64,000 bases of DNA from Octopus sinensis. Lineage: Eukaryota. Under the pieces are notes generated by a model. The model did not search any database. It was not told where the DNA came from and saw nothing but the letters and a program-made list of their open reading frames with translations. The DNA is taken from positions 8,928,001-8,992,000 of the forward strand of contig NC_042998.1 of assembly GCF_006345805.1 (NCBI RefSeq). Direction: 5' to 3'. Within the stretch, counting starts at the first letter, position 1; every line of letters starts with the position of its first letter. Shown here piece by piece: positions 11,875 through 22,426 of this stretch. The translations under genes were made by a program, and so were the position numbers.

Positions 11875-13122
11875 GTAAGTGATTTTGTTTTACCTTTGTT
11901 TGCATAGACTAGGGTAGTGTTTGGGGTGGTAAATTTGGACATTTCTATATTGCTGAAGTGAGATGGGGTTTTTTTTTTTCTAACTATTTTCTCAGTTATA
12001 TATTTTTCCTACTGCAAACCGCTCACTGTGAAGTTGATCTTGGCAAGCTGAGTTGTTATGTATCTAACTCACCTGGCTCAAAGACTTAACACAGCAGGTG
12101 TGTTGAGATTTTTAATCCATGACCAGTAATGGTTTCTAACATCAATGCAAAGCTATAGTTTATTATATTGGTGTGTGGGGTGTAGATTTGGTCAACTACA
12201 GTTCTTGACTGGGGCACTACTGTCAAGACTTCTAGTCAGTCATATCAACCCCATTGACTATTTCAGATTGGTACTTATTTTTATCAAATGGTTACAGTTA
12301 CTCTGTTGTGTCTGGGGAGGGTCATTTTCTTTTTGTGCCTTATAATGTAACACACTCACTGGTAAAATTTCCACTTATTTTTTTATTTTTATTTTCCTAA
12401 AATTTTCGTTGCGTCTTGCAACCTTTCCATTAGTCTTGACAGTTACCTTTTGATGAAAAGAGGCATTATAGTATACTAATATGTACACACACAGTCTCTG
12501 ACTGCCAGATTATACTCACAAAACGTCAACCCAGAGCATCAAAGAAAACAGTTTCCTGAGGGGCTGCACAGTGGTTTTGTTTATGGAACCACATGATTAT
12601 GAAGAAAAACGTTTTAACCACACATCTAATCGTTGTGTCAATAATAAAAATTATTTCTACTTCAAACTTCTCTCATCCTTGCAAACATGGAACCTCATGC
12701 ATGGAAACTAAGTGGGTGAAGAAATTATTGTAGCCTCAGATGAACCTCATGACACTATCAGGTACTTAAGTGACCTAATTAGTGCTGGACGTGGTTGTAG
12801 AAAAGCACAGTAGCCAGAGTAAGAAAGGACGTTGAGGAATTTGACAACAAAAATGATCCCACTTATACATGAAAAGCAAACTGCATGAAACGTATGTAAG
12901 AAATGGATGCCGCTTGGTAGCAGAATCTATCTCTGGTTATTGCATGTGGAAGCTGGGGAGAAATCTAAGTGGGCTTCATATACTGGATATGCTGTGTTAA
13001 CTGCATGAGAAGCTGAAAAAGTAGGCAAGCATTAAAAGTGTTGTCGTGCATATATACAAGGGAGACAACTATACTGATCTCATTCAACGTCCACTTTCCT
13101 TCCATGCTTGCATGGATTAGAC

Positions 13123-13301
13123 CAGTGCTTTTCAAACTTTTTGCTGGAGTGGAACCCCAAGGGAACATTCCACTGGCTTGAGGAACCCCTGTGCAATAAT
13201 TTAATAGTTTTATGCACACATATCTGCACAGGAGAATTAAAAATTACTGCCGATTTTTGAAGTTTTGTAACTTTTTGCGGAACCCTGGTTGAAAACCACT
13301 G
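13123..13301. mobile_element. hAT (Charlie-like) MITE
   Basis: TIRs CAGTGCTTTTCAA / TTGAAAACCACTG; perfect 8-bp TSD GATTAGAC at 13115-13122 and 13302-13309. Confidence 0.92.
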
Positions 13302-13681
13302 GATTAGACAATATTTGAGGCAGATTTTCTATGGCTAGATGCCCTCCCTACAGCCAACCCTCACCTATTTCCAGCCAAAGTAATACTTCCCCGTGACCAG
13401 ACATTTTCATGCAGAATATTGGAAATGAATGACACTGTATGACAATAACACTCATTTACATATATCAAACGATTTCAAGATAAGGAAACTCACACAGTCA
13501 TATCTACATAACAAATTTCTTTCAGTTTCCATCTACTAAATCCACTCACAAGGCTTTGGTCAGCCTAAAGTAGATGACACTTGCCCAAGGTGCCATGCAA
13601 TGAGACTGACCCAGGCAAACCTCACCATGCAGCAATGCCTGCACCTCTGACTGTGAAAATTCTATTTGCTGTCAGTAGAGA

Positions 13682-14020
13682 TCATCATCATTATCGTTTA
13701 ACGTCCGCTTTCCATGCTAGCATGGGTTGGACGATTTTGACTGAGGGCTGGCGAACCAGGTGGCTGCACCAGGCTCCAGTCTGATCTGGCAGAGTTTCTA
13801 CAGCTGGATACCCTTCTTAATGCTAATCTCTCCAAGAATTTAGTGGGTGCTTTTACGTGCCAGTTAGGTGGTACTGGCAACAGACACACTCAAATGGTGT
13901 TTTTTACGTGCCACCTGCGCAGGAGCCATCATCATCGTTTAACGTCCTCTTTCTATGCTAGCATGGGTTGGACGATTTGACTAAGGACTGGCGAACCAGA
14001 TGGCTGCACCAGGCTCCATG
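13682..14020 (-). mobile_element. Two adjacent RTE 3'-tail fragments
   Basis: Two (TCA)n-CGTTTAACGTCC...CATGCTAGCATGGGTTGGACG blocks starting near 13682 and 13927. Confidence 0.8.
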
Positions 14021-14650
14021 TGTCCAAAAGGAAAACGTTGGGGTGAAGCATTATAGCCAGACCCCAAGATACTAGACTTCAAAGAAAAGATGCAAAAATA
14101 TGACTGGAATGGTTGGTACTGACACTAATGAGATTGCCATGTAGCTTGCAGGAGTAAGATTCCTTTCAACTGAGTAGGACTGCAGTAGAGAGGTAGGTAG
14201 CTTTATGGTAAGTTATGAAAGAAAGGGCTAGAACAGGTTTCTTACTGTAGACTGGGAGTTAACAGGGTGGAGTTAGAAAGGGAGCTGAGGATGGAGGTTT
14301 GGAGACAACAGGTGTAGTAGGAAGAGGATGCAAGTGTGTATGGGGGTGAGTGAGGGATGAGGAAGTGGAGGCAGGAGAAGGAGGAGACCCTCTTCGGTCA
14401 TGAATGACCATGGGATTGCACCTAGAAAGTTACCCTCCGAGGCGCAGGTCCAGGCAAGGTTGTTTGTGGAAGGCCAGCAGTCGCCCATGCATACTGGCCT
14501 CTCCTCTCCACACCACTGATGTTATCCAAGGGAAAGGCAGTGGAGACAAATATACTGAATCAAATATACTGATCAATAAAAAACTAATAGTTGGGAGGAA
14601 GGTAGGAGAGAGATGATGAATGTAGAGATTGGATATGGCTAAGGAGTGAA

Positions 14651-15051
14651 GAGTAAAAATTACCTTGTTTTCAGCTCTACAACAATGTCCAGCAAACTGG
14701 ACTCTTCTACCTTTCACAAAAGATGATACAGGTGGTAGTTTCCCATATATTTGTACTTTGGTTGGATGACGCTTCCACGAGAGATTTTGAGCTCTCATAA
14801 GGAGGCGAGTGTAGGTTCCATCCAACCGCTTCTCAAGCTTCTTTGATAACGTCCAGGTTTCTGAGCCATATTGTAGAATGGAAGCCATCTGCTCGTGATA
14901 CCAGAGGGCGAACACTCTCCTACCCTGATGTAATCTCCAGGGAAACAGGCATCCAGCAACGGGACCTCCGTAATGCTATGATGGACCGTGAAGTCTGGCG
15001 TAACATAGTAAATTCCATTGTCTCAACCATGGTTGAACAATAATGATGATG
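14651..15051 (+). mobile_element. RTE/RTEX-like LINE 3' end with inverted 5' segment (twin-priming structure)
   Basis: - strand 14657-14878 encodes ILQYGSETWTL...RRVQFAGHCCRAENKV. + strand 14879-15043 encodes the continuation WKPSARDTRGRTLSYPD...MMDREVWR with a (GAT)n tail. TSD AAGGAGTGAA at 14641 and 15052. Confidence 0.82.
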
Positions 15052-15225
15052 AAGGAGTGAAAATAATGAATGGTGAACCTATGTATATATGTAATTGATA
15101 GAAAGCTTCTGATAGAATTAGTTAATGAAAACTATTTTAAAATTCAAAACTGATGAAAGTAATACTACATACTTTGCATTAGACATAAACGCTTTTTTTT
15201 TTGTTTTGTTTCTTTTAATGAACAG

Positions 15226-15323
15226 ATGTTATTCATAAGTTCACCAGAGACCACTATGCAAAACGTTTCCCAGAATTGGAGTCACTCATCCCTACTCCAA
15301 TGGAATATGTGAAAACTGTAAAA
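15226..15323 (+). CDS. PRPF31: PRPF31 coding exon 4
   Basis: (N)VIHKFTRDHYAKRFPELESLIPTPMEYVKTVK with the KRFPELES Prp31/Nop motif; 98 nt, as human exon 5. Confidence 0.98.
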
Positions 15324-15344
15324 GTAAGTTTTAGTCTTCTTTAA

Positions 15345-15564
15345 CCCTTTAGTGTTTAAACCGGCCATACTAGGCCAAAATTGTCTTCCTGTTTTATGCC
15401 CAAACCAGCCAGCTCTGACCTCTCACACCTACCCTACAAAGTCATTCTAAAAATAAACAGGGACATCATCAATATTCCAGAGTTACAAGATGCTGTACAA
15501 TTAATTTAAAACAATGTGATTAAACAGGCTTTACATTTGACAGAGTAATCTGAATGCTAAAGGG
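15345..15564. mobile_element. piggyBac-type MITE
   Basis: TTAA|CCCTTTAG...CTAAAGGG|TTAA; related copies at 31575 and 36444. Confidence 0.85.
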
Positions 15565-15797
15565 TTAATCTATATGTTTTTGCCATGATGTGGTTATAAG
15601 TTTGTGGAAGTGTAATTTGAATTCCAATTAAGTATTTTTTTCATTTCCATTTCTAACTCTTAGAATAAACTCAGAAAATTTCTGTTTTACATTTCCTGCA
15701 TGTTGGATGTTTTAAGAATTCAAATGTTTGCAGGAAACTTCTCTCTGTATACCATTTTCCTTTAACAGTCAGAATTCGTCGTGTGTGTCTATACATA

Positions 15798-15962
15798 GGC
15801 GCAGGAGTGGCTGTGTGGTAAGTAGCTTGCTAACCAACCACATGGTTCCGGGTTCAGTTCCACTGCGTGGCATCTTGGGCAAGTGTCTTCTGCTATAGCC
15901 CTGGGCCAACTAATGCCTTGTGAGTGGATTTGGTAGATGGAAACTGAAAGAAGCCTGTCGTA

Positions 15963-16003
<41 letters not shown>

Positions 16004-16203
16004 GTGTGTTTGTGTCTGTCTCCCTAGCATTGCTTGACAACCGATGCTGGTGTGTTTATGTCCCCGTCACTTAACGGTTCGGCAAAAGAGACCGATAGAA
16101 TAAGTACTGGGCTTACAAAGAATAAGTCCCGGGGTCGATTTGCTCGACTAAAGGCGGTGCTCCAGCATGGCCACAGTCAAATGACTGAAACAAGTAAAAG
16201 AGT
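15798..16203 (+). mobile_element. tRNA-derived SINE family A, full length
   Basis: GGCGCAGGAGTGGCTGTGTGG head, B-box-like GGTTCAGTTCC, internal microsatellite, conserved tail. Confidence 0.9.
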
Positions 16204-16729
16204 ATATGGTCATTTGCATTTCTTAGGTCACTGCCCTCAAGAGAAAAGCGATGACCACCCTCAATCTTTAACAATGAATGTTTGTTGGGATTCCTTTTAT
16301 CACAATTATATTTTAATCTATCCATTTTTATCTTCGTGAGTTGGGAGAAAAACTATTCCTTGTTCATTTGCTGCATAGCAAAAATATCTACAGTTGAATT
16401 TTAATCATCATTTTGCTACAAATTAAATAAACAAGAAATACAATTTCTCCCCATAGACACAGGTATTGCTTTATATGTGTGTGTGTGTATTTTTGTAGTA
16501 GACAGGATACATATTCTGTATAATTAGTTCTTTGTAATCAAGAAAAAAAATTTCAGAAAATTATGGAAATTATTAGTGTCCTTTCTATTGAACTGTAGAT
16601 GGGAATAATGAAAACAGCACATTGGATATATATCTTCTAGTGTAAACTTCTTATAAGGAAAGCAATTGCAATATATGTTATTTGTTACTGTCAATGGCAT
16701 TTTTAAATAGATTTGTATGTCTTTTGCAG

Positions 16730-16839
16730 GAATTGGGAAACAACATTTTGGAGAAATCAAAAAGCAATGAAGTGTTACAAGAAATTTTGACCCCTGCCAC
16801 ATTGATGGTTGTTAGTGTAACATCTTCCACAACACAAGG
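16730..16839 (+). CDS. PRPF31: PRPF31 coding exon 5
   Basis: ELGNNILEKSKSNEVLQEILTPATLMVVSVTSSTTQG (human ELGNSLDK...ATIMVVSVTASTTQG); 110 nt, 3' phase 2. Confidence 0.97.
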
Positions 16840-18460
16840 GTAATAACTGATTGTTCAGTGCAAATCATCATTATTATTTATCATTATTTTTGCAGAAGTA
16901 GATAAACAAAACTGACAAGTTTTCATTGATTCAATATAACTAATAAAGAGGTTCTTCATTCTTGTGTTCTCATTAAAAGAGAATATCAGACTGTTATCTT
17001 TATCTTTTACTTGTTTCAGTCATTTGCCAACCACTTTACTGGATGTATAGAGTACTTAGTTAGTTAGTTAATTTTTTTTGGCTCAAAAAGCAAACAGCAA
17101 GGCCATGTAGGGGGACATGGAGTTATGTACAGGGTGGTGTTCATGTAAAGAGGTCAAGGGAGACTTTGAACCAAGCGGTCGTCAGCATCTTGTACATTCA
17201 CCCTGGGCGGGTTGAGTCGGCTTCTTCTATTCATGGAAGAAGTTTCGTGGGAATATGTGGATTTCACAAGCGGTCCCCAACAATCCCGCATGTGGAGACA
17301 TCCTGTTTGCCACAGATTGTCCGCAGATGCAGGGACAGAACGACCGATGAGCCGCCGGTTGCCAAAGCAGACACTCCGAGGATTTTCACCAGAGCCCCGT
17401 CTGCCGGGTTGTTGCCCTAATACCACTCGATGTCAGACCAATCCGCCTTGGGTGGCCCTACCAGGAACTGAAGTTCCCGGCGGCATAGCTGTGACACTAC
17501 CCGTTACCAGCGTCCCCACCACGGTGAGGAGGGGATGGACTTTGGGGACGCAATGTATAGAGTGCATTTTATCAAGGCACCAGTACTAATGTGCCCTGAT
17601 GAAACGGACTCAATTCACTCTGTAAAATGGTCAGCAAACCAAGCAGAGACAACTTAGGATCAAGAGGTCTCTTTAGTCTTGCTGAGAGCAAGAAACCTCT
17701 CTGGTGCTGATGCCACAATATAATTCACCCAGTTCGCTCCACTGCAAAAACCAAACCAAAACTGAGATGTGTTCCTCCAACCCATCTATGAGGGTAGAAA
17801 CTCCAAATAAGAACTGGTGCAGATCATGTCAAACCTTCTAACCCATGCCAACATAGAAAATGGCCTTGAAATGACAATAATAATGATGACGATATCCAAT
17901 CAAATTTAATATTTTTGAACAGAGTTAGAATGCTATCTTTCAAAGCATTGAACCATTTTTGTGTTATAGTAGTTCCATATAGACAAACAGAAACACCAGC
18001 GGAGACCAACATCTCATATTTCTCTCTCTCTCCCTTTATTTTCCCCAGGGGGTAAAATTATAAACTTTTAATTGCAAGGCTATCCCAGCTGATAGCTATT
18101 TTACAGATTATCAAAGTGTGGCAAGTTGGTAGAAGTAGCAAGACACCAAGTTAAAATGATGTACCGTCTCTTTCCTCTCTGTCTCTCTCTCTTCAATCTG
18201 CAAATGTTGACATTGGTTATTCATCTCACTATAATCAATAAAAATAACTAAGTAGTGTGATTGGGAAGAGTCAGTCATCTATAATAATGATTCAATCATC
18301 CTCAAGGCAAATATTGGTTCTGTGCCAAATTCTAATAAAAGATTAGAAACAACTCATTCACCTTGATTTTAAGATTATTCTTATTAATCCTTTCATCTTT
18401 GCATACAATATATCTTTTTTTTTTTTTACCCACTTTCTTTCTCTCTCTTTCTCATTGCAG

Positions 18461-18512
18461 GACAGAATTAACAGTTGAAGAAATGGATCGTGTCATTGAA
18501 GCATGTGACATG
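18461..18512 (+). CDS. PRPF31: PRPF31 coding exon 6 (first part of human exon 7)
   Basis: (G)TELTVEEMDRVIEACDM; long polypyrimidine tract plus CAG, donor GTAAAC; 52 nt. With the 118-nt exon at 29600 it totals 170 nt, the length of human exon 7. Confidence 0.93.
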
Positions 18513-18568
18513 GTAAACCACTTAATTTCTTTCTATTCAATGAAATTGATTTTTTGATTATTATTATT

Positions 18569-21500
18569 ATTTATAATTTATAGCTCCTTATCGTCCACGC
18601 TTCTCCCATAGGTTAGGCAAAATTTAGGTATTTATTTATAGCTACTAATAACTATTTCTCTCCCAAGGAAGGAAGAAATGGCTGCCGGCCGATTCTTGGT
18701 GGGCCACGACCCCCCCGTTCCTCTTCAATTGTCTTATATCTCTTTCGATCGCCATTCGCCCCCCCCCTTCTCCGCCACCCTATATGCATATAAACCAGCG
18801 ACTGATTTCAACGGCCTCACTTGAATTCAGACTGGTATCCGACTCCCTACGAAAATACGAAATACGAAATATGAATCCAAGCTAAGCAATCTATATTTAA
18901 TTTCAACCCGTGTACCTACTTAACTATCTGCAACTGATCTGATCTTTTAGTTAGCCCTGTTTATCTCTATTAGTATTATTGTTATGACTTGTGAAATTTA
19001 GCCTCACGCCTTGTGTCTTTTTTTATATGTACATATAATTCTAATTCTATAGTTCATCTTAATTATATATCGTTGTCTCATGTCTTGTGTTAAATATATA
19101 TTTAATCTTAAAGCTTGCCCCTAATTTTATTTTATTTTATCGATCAGTCTCACGCCTCGTAGATATAGAATAAATGTATTTATAATTTATAGCTCCTTAT
19201 CGTCCACGCTTCTCCCATAGGTTAGGCAAAATTTAGGTATTTATTTATAGCTACTAATAACTATTTCTCTCCCAAGGAAGGAAGAAATGGCTGCCGGCCG
19301 ATTCTTGGTGGGCCACGACCCCCCCGTTCCTCTTCAATTGTCTTATATCTCTTTCGATCGCCATTCGCCCCCCCCCCTTCTCCGCCACCCTATATGCATA
19401 TAAACCAGCGACTGATTTCAACGGCCTCACTTGAATTCAGACTGGTATCCGACTCCCTACGAAAATACGAAATACGAAATATGAATCCAAGCTAAGCAAT
19501 CTATATTTAATTTCAACCCGTGTACCTACTTAACTATCTGCAACTGATCTGATCTTTTAGTTAGCCCTGTTTATCTCTATTAGTATTATTGTTATGACTT
19601 GTGAAATTTAGCCTCACGCCTTGTGTCTTTTTTATATGTACATATAATTCTAATTCTATAGTTCATCTTAATTATATATCGTTGTCTCATGTCTTGTGTT
19701 AAATATATATTTAATCTTAAAGCTTGCCCCTAATTTTATTTTATTTTATCGATCAGTCTCACGCCTCGTAGATATAGAATAAATGTATTTATAATTTATA
19801 GCTCCTTATCGTCCACGCTTCTCCCATAGGTTAGGCAAAATTTAGGTATTTATTTATAGCTACTAATAACTATTTCTCTCCCAAGGAAGGAAGAAATGGC
19901 TGCCGGCCGATTCTTGGTGGGCCACGACCCCCCCGTTCCTCTTCAATTGTCTTATATCTCTTTCGATCGCCATTCGCCCCCCCCCTTCTCCGCCACCCTA
20001 TATGCATATAAACCAGCGACTGATTTCAACGGCCTCACTTGAATTCAGACTGGTATCCGACTCCCTACGAAAATACGAAATACGAAATATGAATCCAAGC
20101 TAAGCAATCTATATTTAATTTCAACCCGTGTACCTACTTAACTATCTGCAACTGATCTGATCTTTTAGTTAGCCCTGTTTATCTCTATTAGTATTATTGT
20201 TATGACTTGTGAAATTTAGCCTCACGCCTTGTGTCTTTTTTATATGTACATATAATTCTAATTCTATAGTTCATCTTAATTATATATCGTTGTCTCATGT
20301 CTTGTGTTAAATATATATTTAATCTTAAAGCTTGCCCCTAATTTTATTTTATTTTATCGATCAGTCTCACGCCTCGTAGATATAGAATAAATGTATTTAT
20401 AATTTATAGCTCCTTATCGTCCACGCTTCTCCCATAGGTTAGGCAAAATTTAGGTATTTATTTATAGCTACTAATAACTATTTCTCTCCCAAGGAAGGAA
20501 GAAATGGCTGCCGGCCGATTCTTGGTGGGCCACGACCCCCCCGTTCCTCTTCAATTGTCTTATATCTCTTTCGATCGCCATTCGCCCCCCCCTTCTCCGC
20601 CACCCTATATGCATATAAACCAGCGACTGATTTCAACGGCCTCACTTGAATTCAGACTGGTATCCGACTCCCTACGAAAATACGAAATACGAAATATGAA
20701 TCCAAGCTAAGCAATCTATATTTAATTTCAACCCGTGTACCTACTTAACTATCTGCAACTGATCTGATCTTTTAGTTAGCCCTGTTTATCTCTATTAGTA
20801 TTATTGTTATGACTTGTGAAATTTAGCCTCACGCCTTGTGTCTTTTTATATGTACATATAATTCTAATTCTATAGTTCATCTTAATTATATATCGTTGTC
20901 TCATGTCTTGTGTTAAATATATATTTAATCTTAAAGCTTGCCCCTAATTTTATTTTATTTTATCGATCAGTCTCACGCCTCGTAGATATAGAATAAATGT
21001 ATTTATAATTTATAGCTCCTTATCGTCCACGCTTCTCCCATAGGTTAGGCAAAATTTAGGTATTTATTTATAGCTACTAATAACTATTTCTCTCCCAAGG
21101 AAGGAAGAAATGGCTGCCGGCCGATTCTTGGTGGGCCACGACCCCCCCGTTCCTCTTCAATTGTCTTATATCTCTTTCGATCGCCATTCGCCCCCCCCCC
21201 TTCTCCGCCACCCTATATGCATATAAACCAGCGACTGATTTCAACGGCCTCACTTGAATTCAGACTGGTATCCGACTCCCTACGAAAATACGAAATACGA
21301 AATATGAATCCAAGCTAAGCAATCTATATTTAATTTCAACCCGTGTACCTACTTAACTATCTGCAACTGATCTGATCTTTTAGTTAGCCCTGTTTTATCT
21401 CTATTAGTATTATTGTTATGACTTGTGAAATTTAGCCTCACGCCTTGTGTCTTTTTTATATGTACATATAATTCTAATTCTATAGTTCATCTTAATTATA

Positions 21501-22296
21501 TATCGTTGTCTCATGTCTTGTGTTAAATATATATTTAATCTTAAAGCTTGCCCCTAATTTTATTTTATTTTATCGATCAGTCTCACGCCTCGTAGATATA
21601 GAATAAATGTATTTATAATTTATAGCTCCTTATCGTCCACGCTTCTCCCATAGGTTAGGCAAAATTTAGGTATTTATTTATAGCTACTAATAACTATTTC
21701 TCTCCCAAGGAAGGAAGAAATGGCTGCCGGCCGATTCTTGGTGGGCCACGACCCCCCCGTTCCTCTTCAATTGTCTTATATCTCTTTCGATCGCCATTCG
21801 CCCCCCCCCTTCTCCGCCACCCTATATGCATATAAACCAGCGACTGATTTCAACGGCCTCACTTGAATTCAGACTGGTATCCGACTCCCTACGAAAATAC
21901 GAAATACGAAATATGAATCCAAGCTAAGCAATCTATATTTAATTTCAACCCGTGTACCTACTTAACTATCTGCAACTGATCTGATCTTTTAGTTAGCCCT
22001 GTTTATCTCTATTAGTATTATTGTTATGACTTGTGAAATTTAGCCTCACGCCTGTGTCTTTTTTATATGTACATATAATTCTAATTCTATAGTTCATCTT
22101 AATTATATATCGTTGTCTCATGTCTTGTGTTAAATATATATTTAATCTTAAAGCTTGCCCCTAATTTTATTTTATTTTATCGATCAGTCTCACGCCTCGT
22201 AGATATAGAATAAATGTATTTATAATTTATAGCTCCTTATCGTCCACGCTTCTCCCATAGGTTAGGCAAAATTTAGGTATTTATTTATAGCTACTA
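18569..22296 (+). repeat. Tandem array of ~609-bp units (6 full + 79-bp partial)
   Basis: Unit starts at 18569, 19178, 19787, 20395, 21001, 21611 and 22218. The differences I can see are homopolymer-length changes only. Confidence 0.97.
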
Positions 22297-22426
22297 GCCC
22301 GGTTTTCGCGGTGCACCCGCCCTCCCACCCCCACCACCGGTACAGGAAGTCCTAAATTTTTCTCATCCTTGTCTCCCTTATACACTCAAAGTCTTACGCC
22401 ACCCCCACCTCCTTCCATAAAAGGTA

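Noticed and set aside
12451-12501. TGATGA...CTGA box C/D snoRNA candidate
   Set aside because: Too short, no convincing terminal stem and no recognisable rRNA/snRNA guide.
15798-15870. tRNA genes
   Set aside because: The A/B-box-like sequences are SINE heads that continue into SINE bodies, and no cloverleaf is evident.
17100-17590. GC-rich segment with several short ORFs as a nested gene
   Set aside because: No splice-site-bounded coherent frame. It contains an RLPKQ-like RTE motif and is more likely a decayed retroelement, but too degraded to call.
18569-22296. 609-bp unit as a mitochondrial control-region NUMT or a solo LTR
   Set aside because: No flanking mitochondrial tRNA or gene sequence, and no TG...CA termini, PBS or PPT. 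I also found no CUGANGA hammerhead core on either strand of the unit.
22297-22400. HDV-like ribozyme at the RTE 5' end (known for some RTEs)
   Set aside because: A CCCTCCCA loop-like motif and an AGG-AAGT-CCT-AAA hairpin are present, but I could not form P2 and P3. A descriptor search (RNArobo/RNAMotif) would be needed to revive this.
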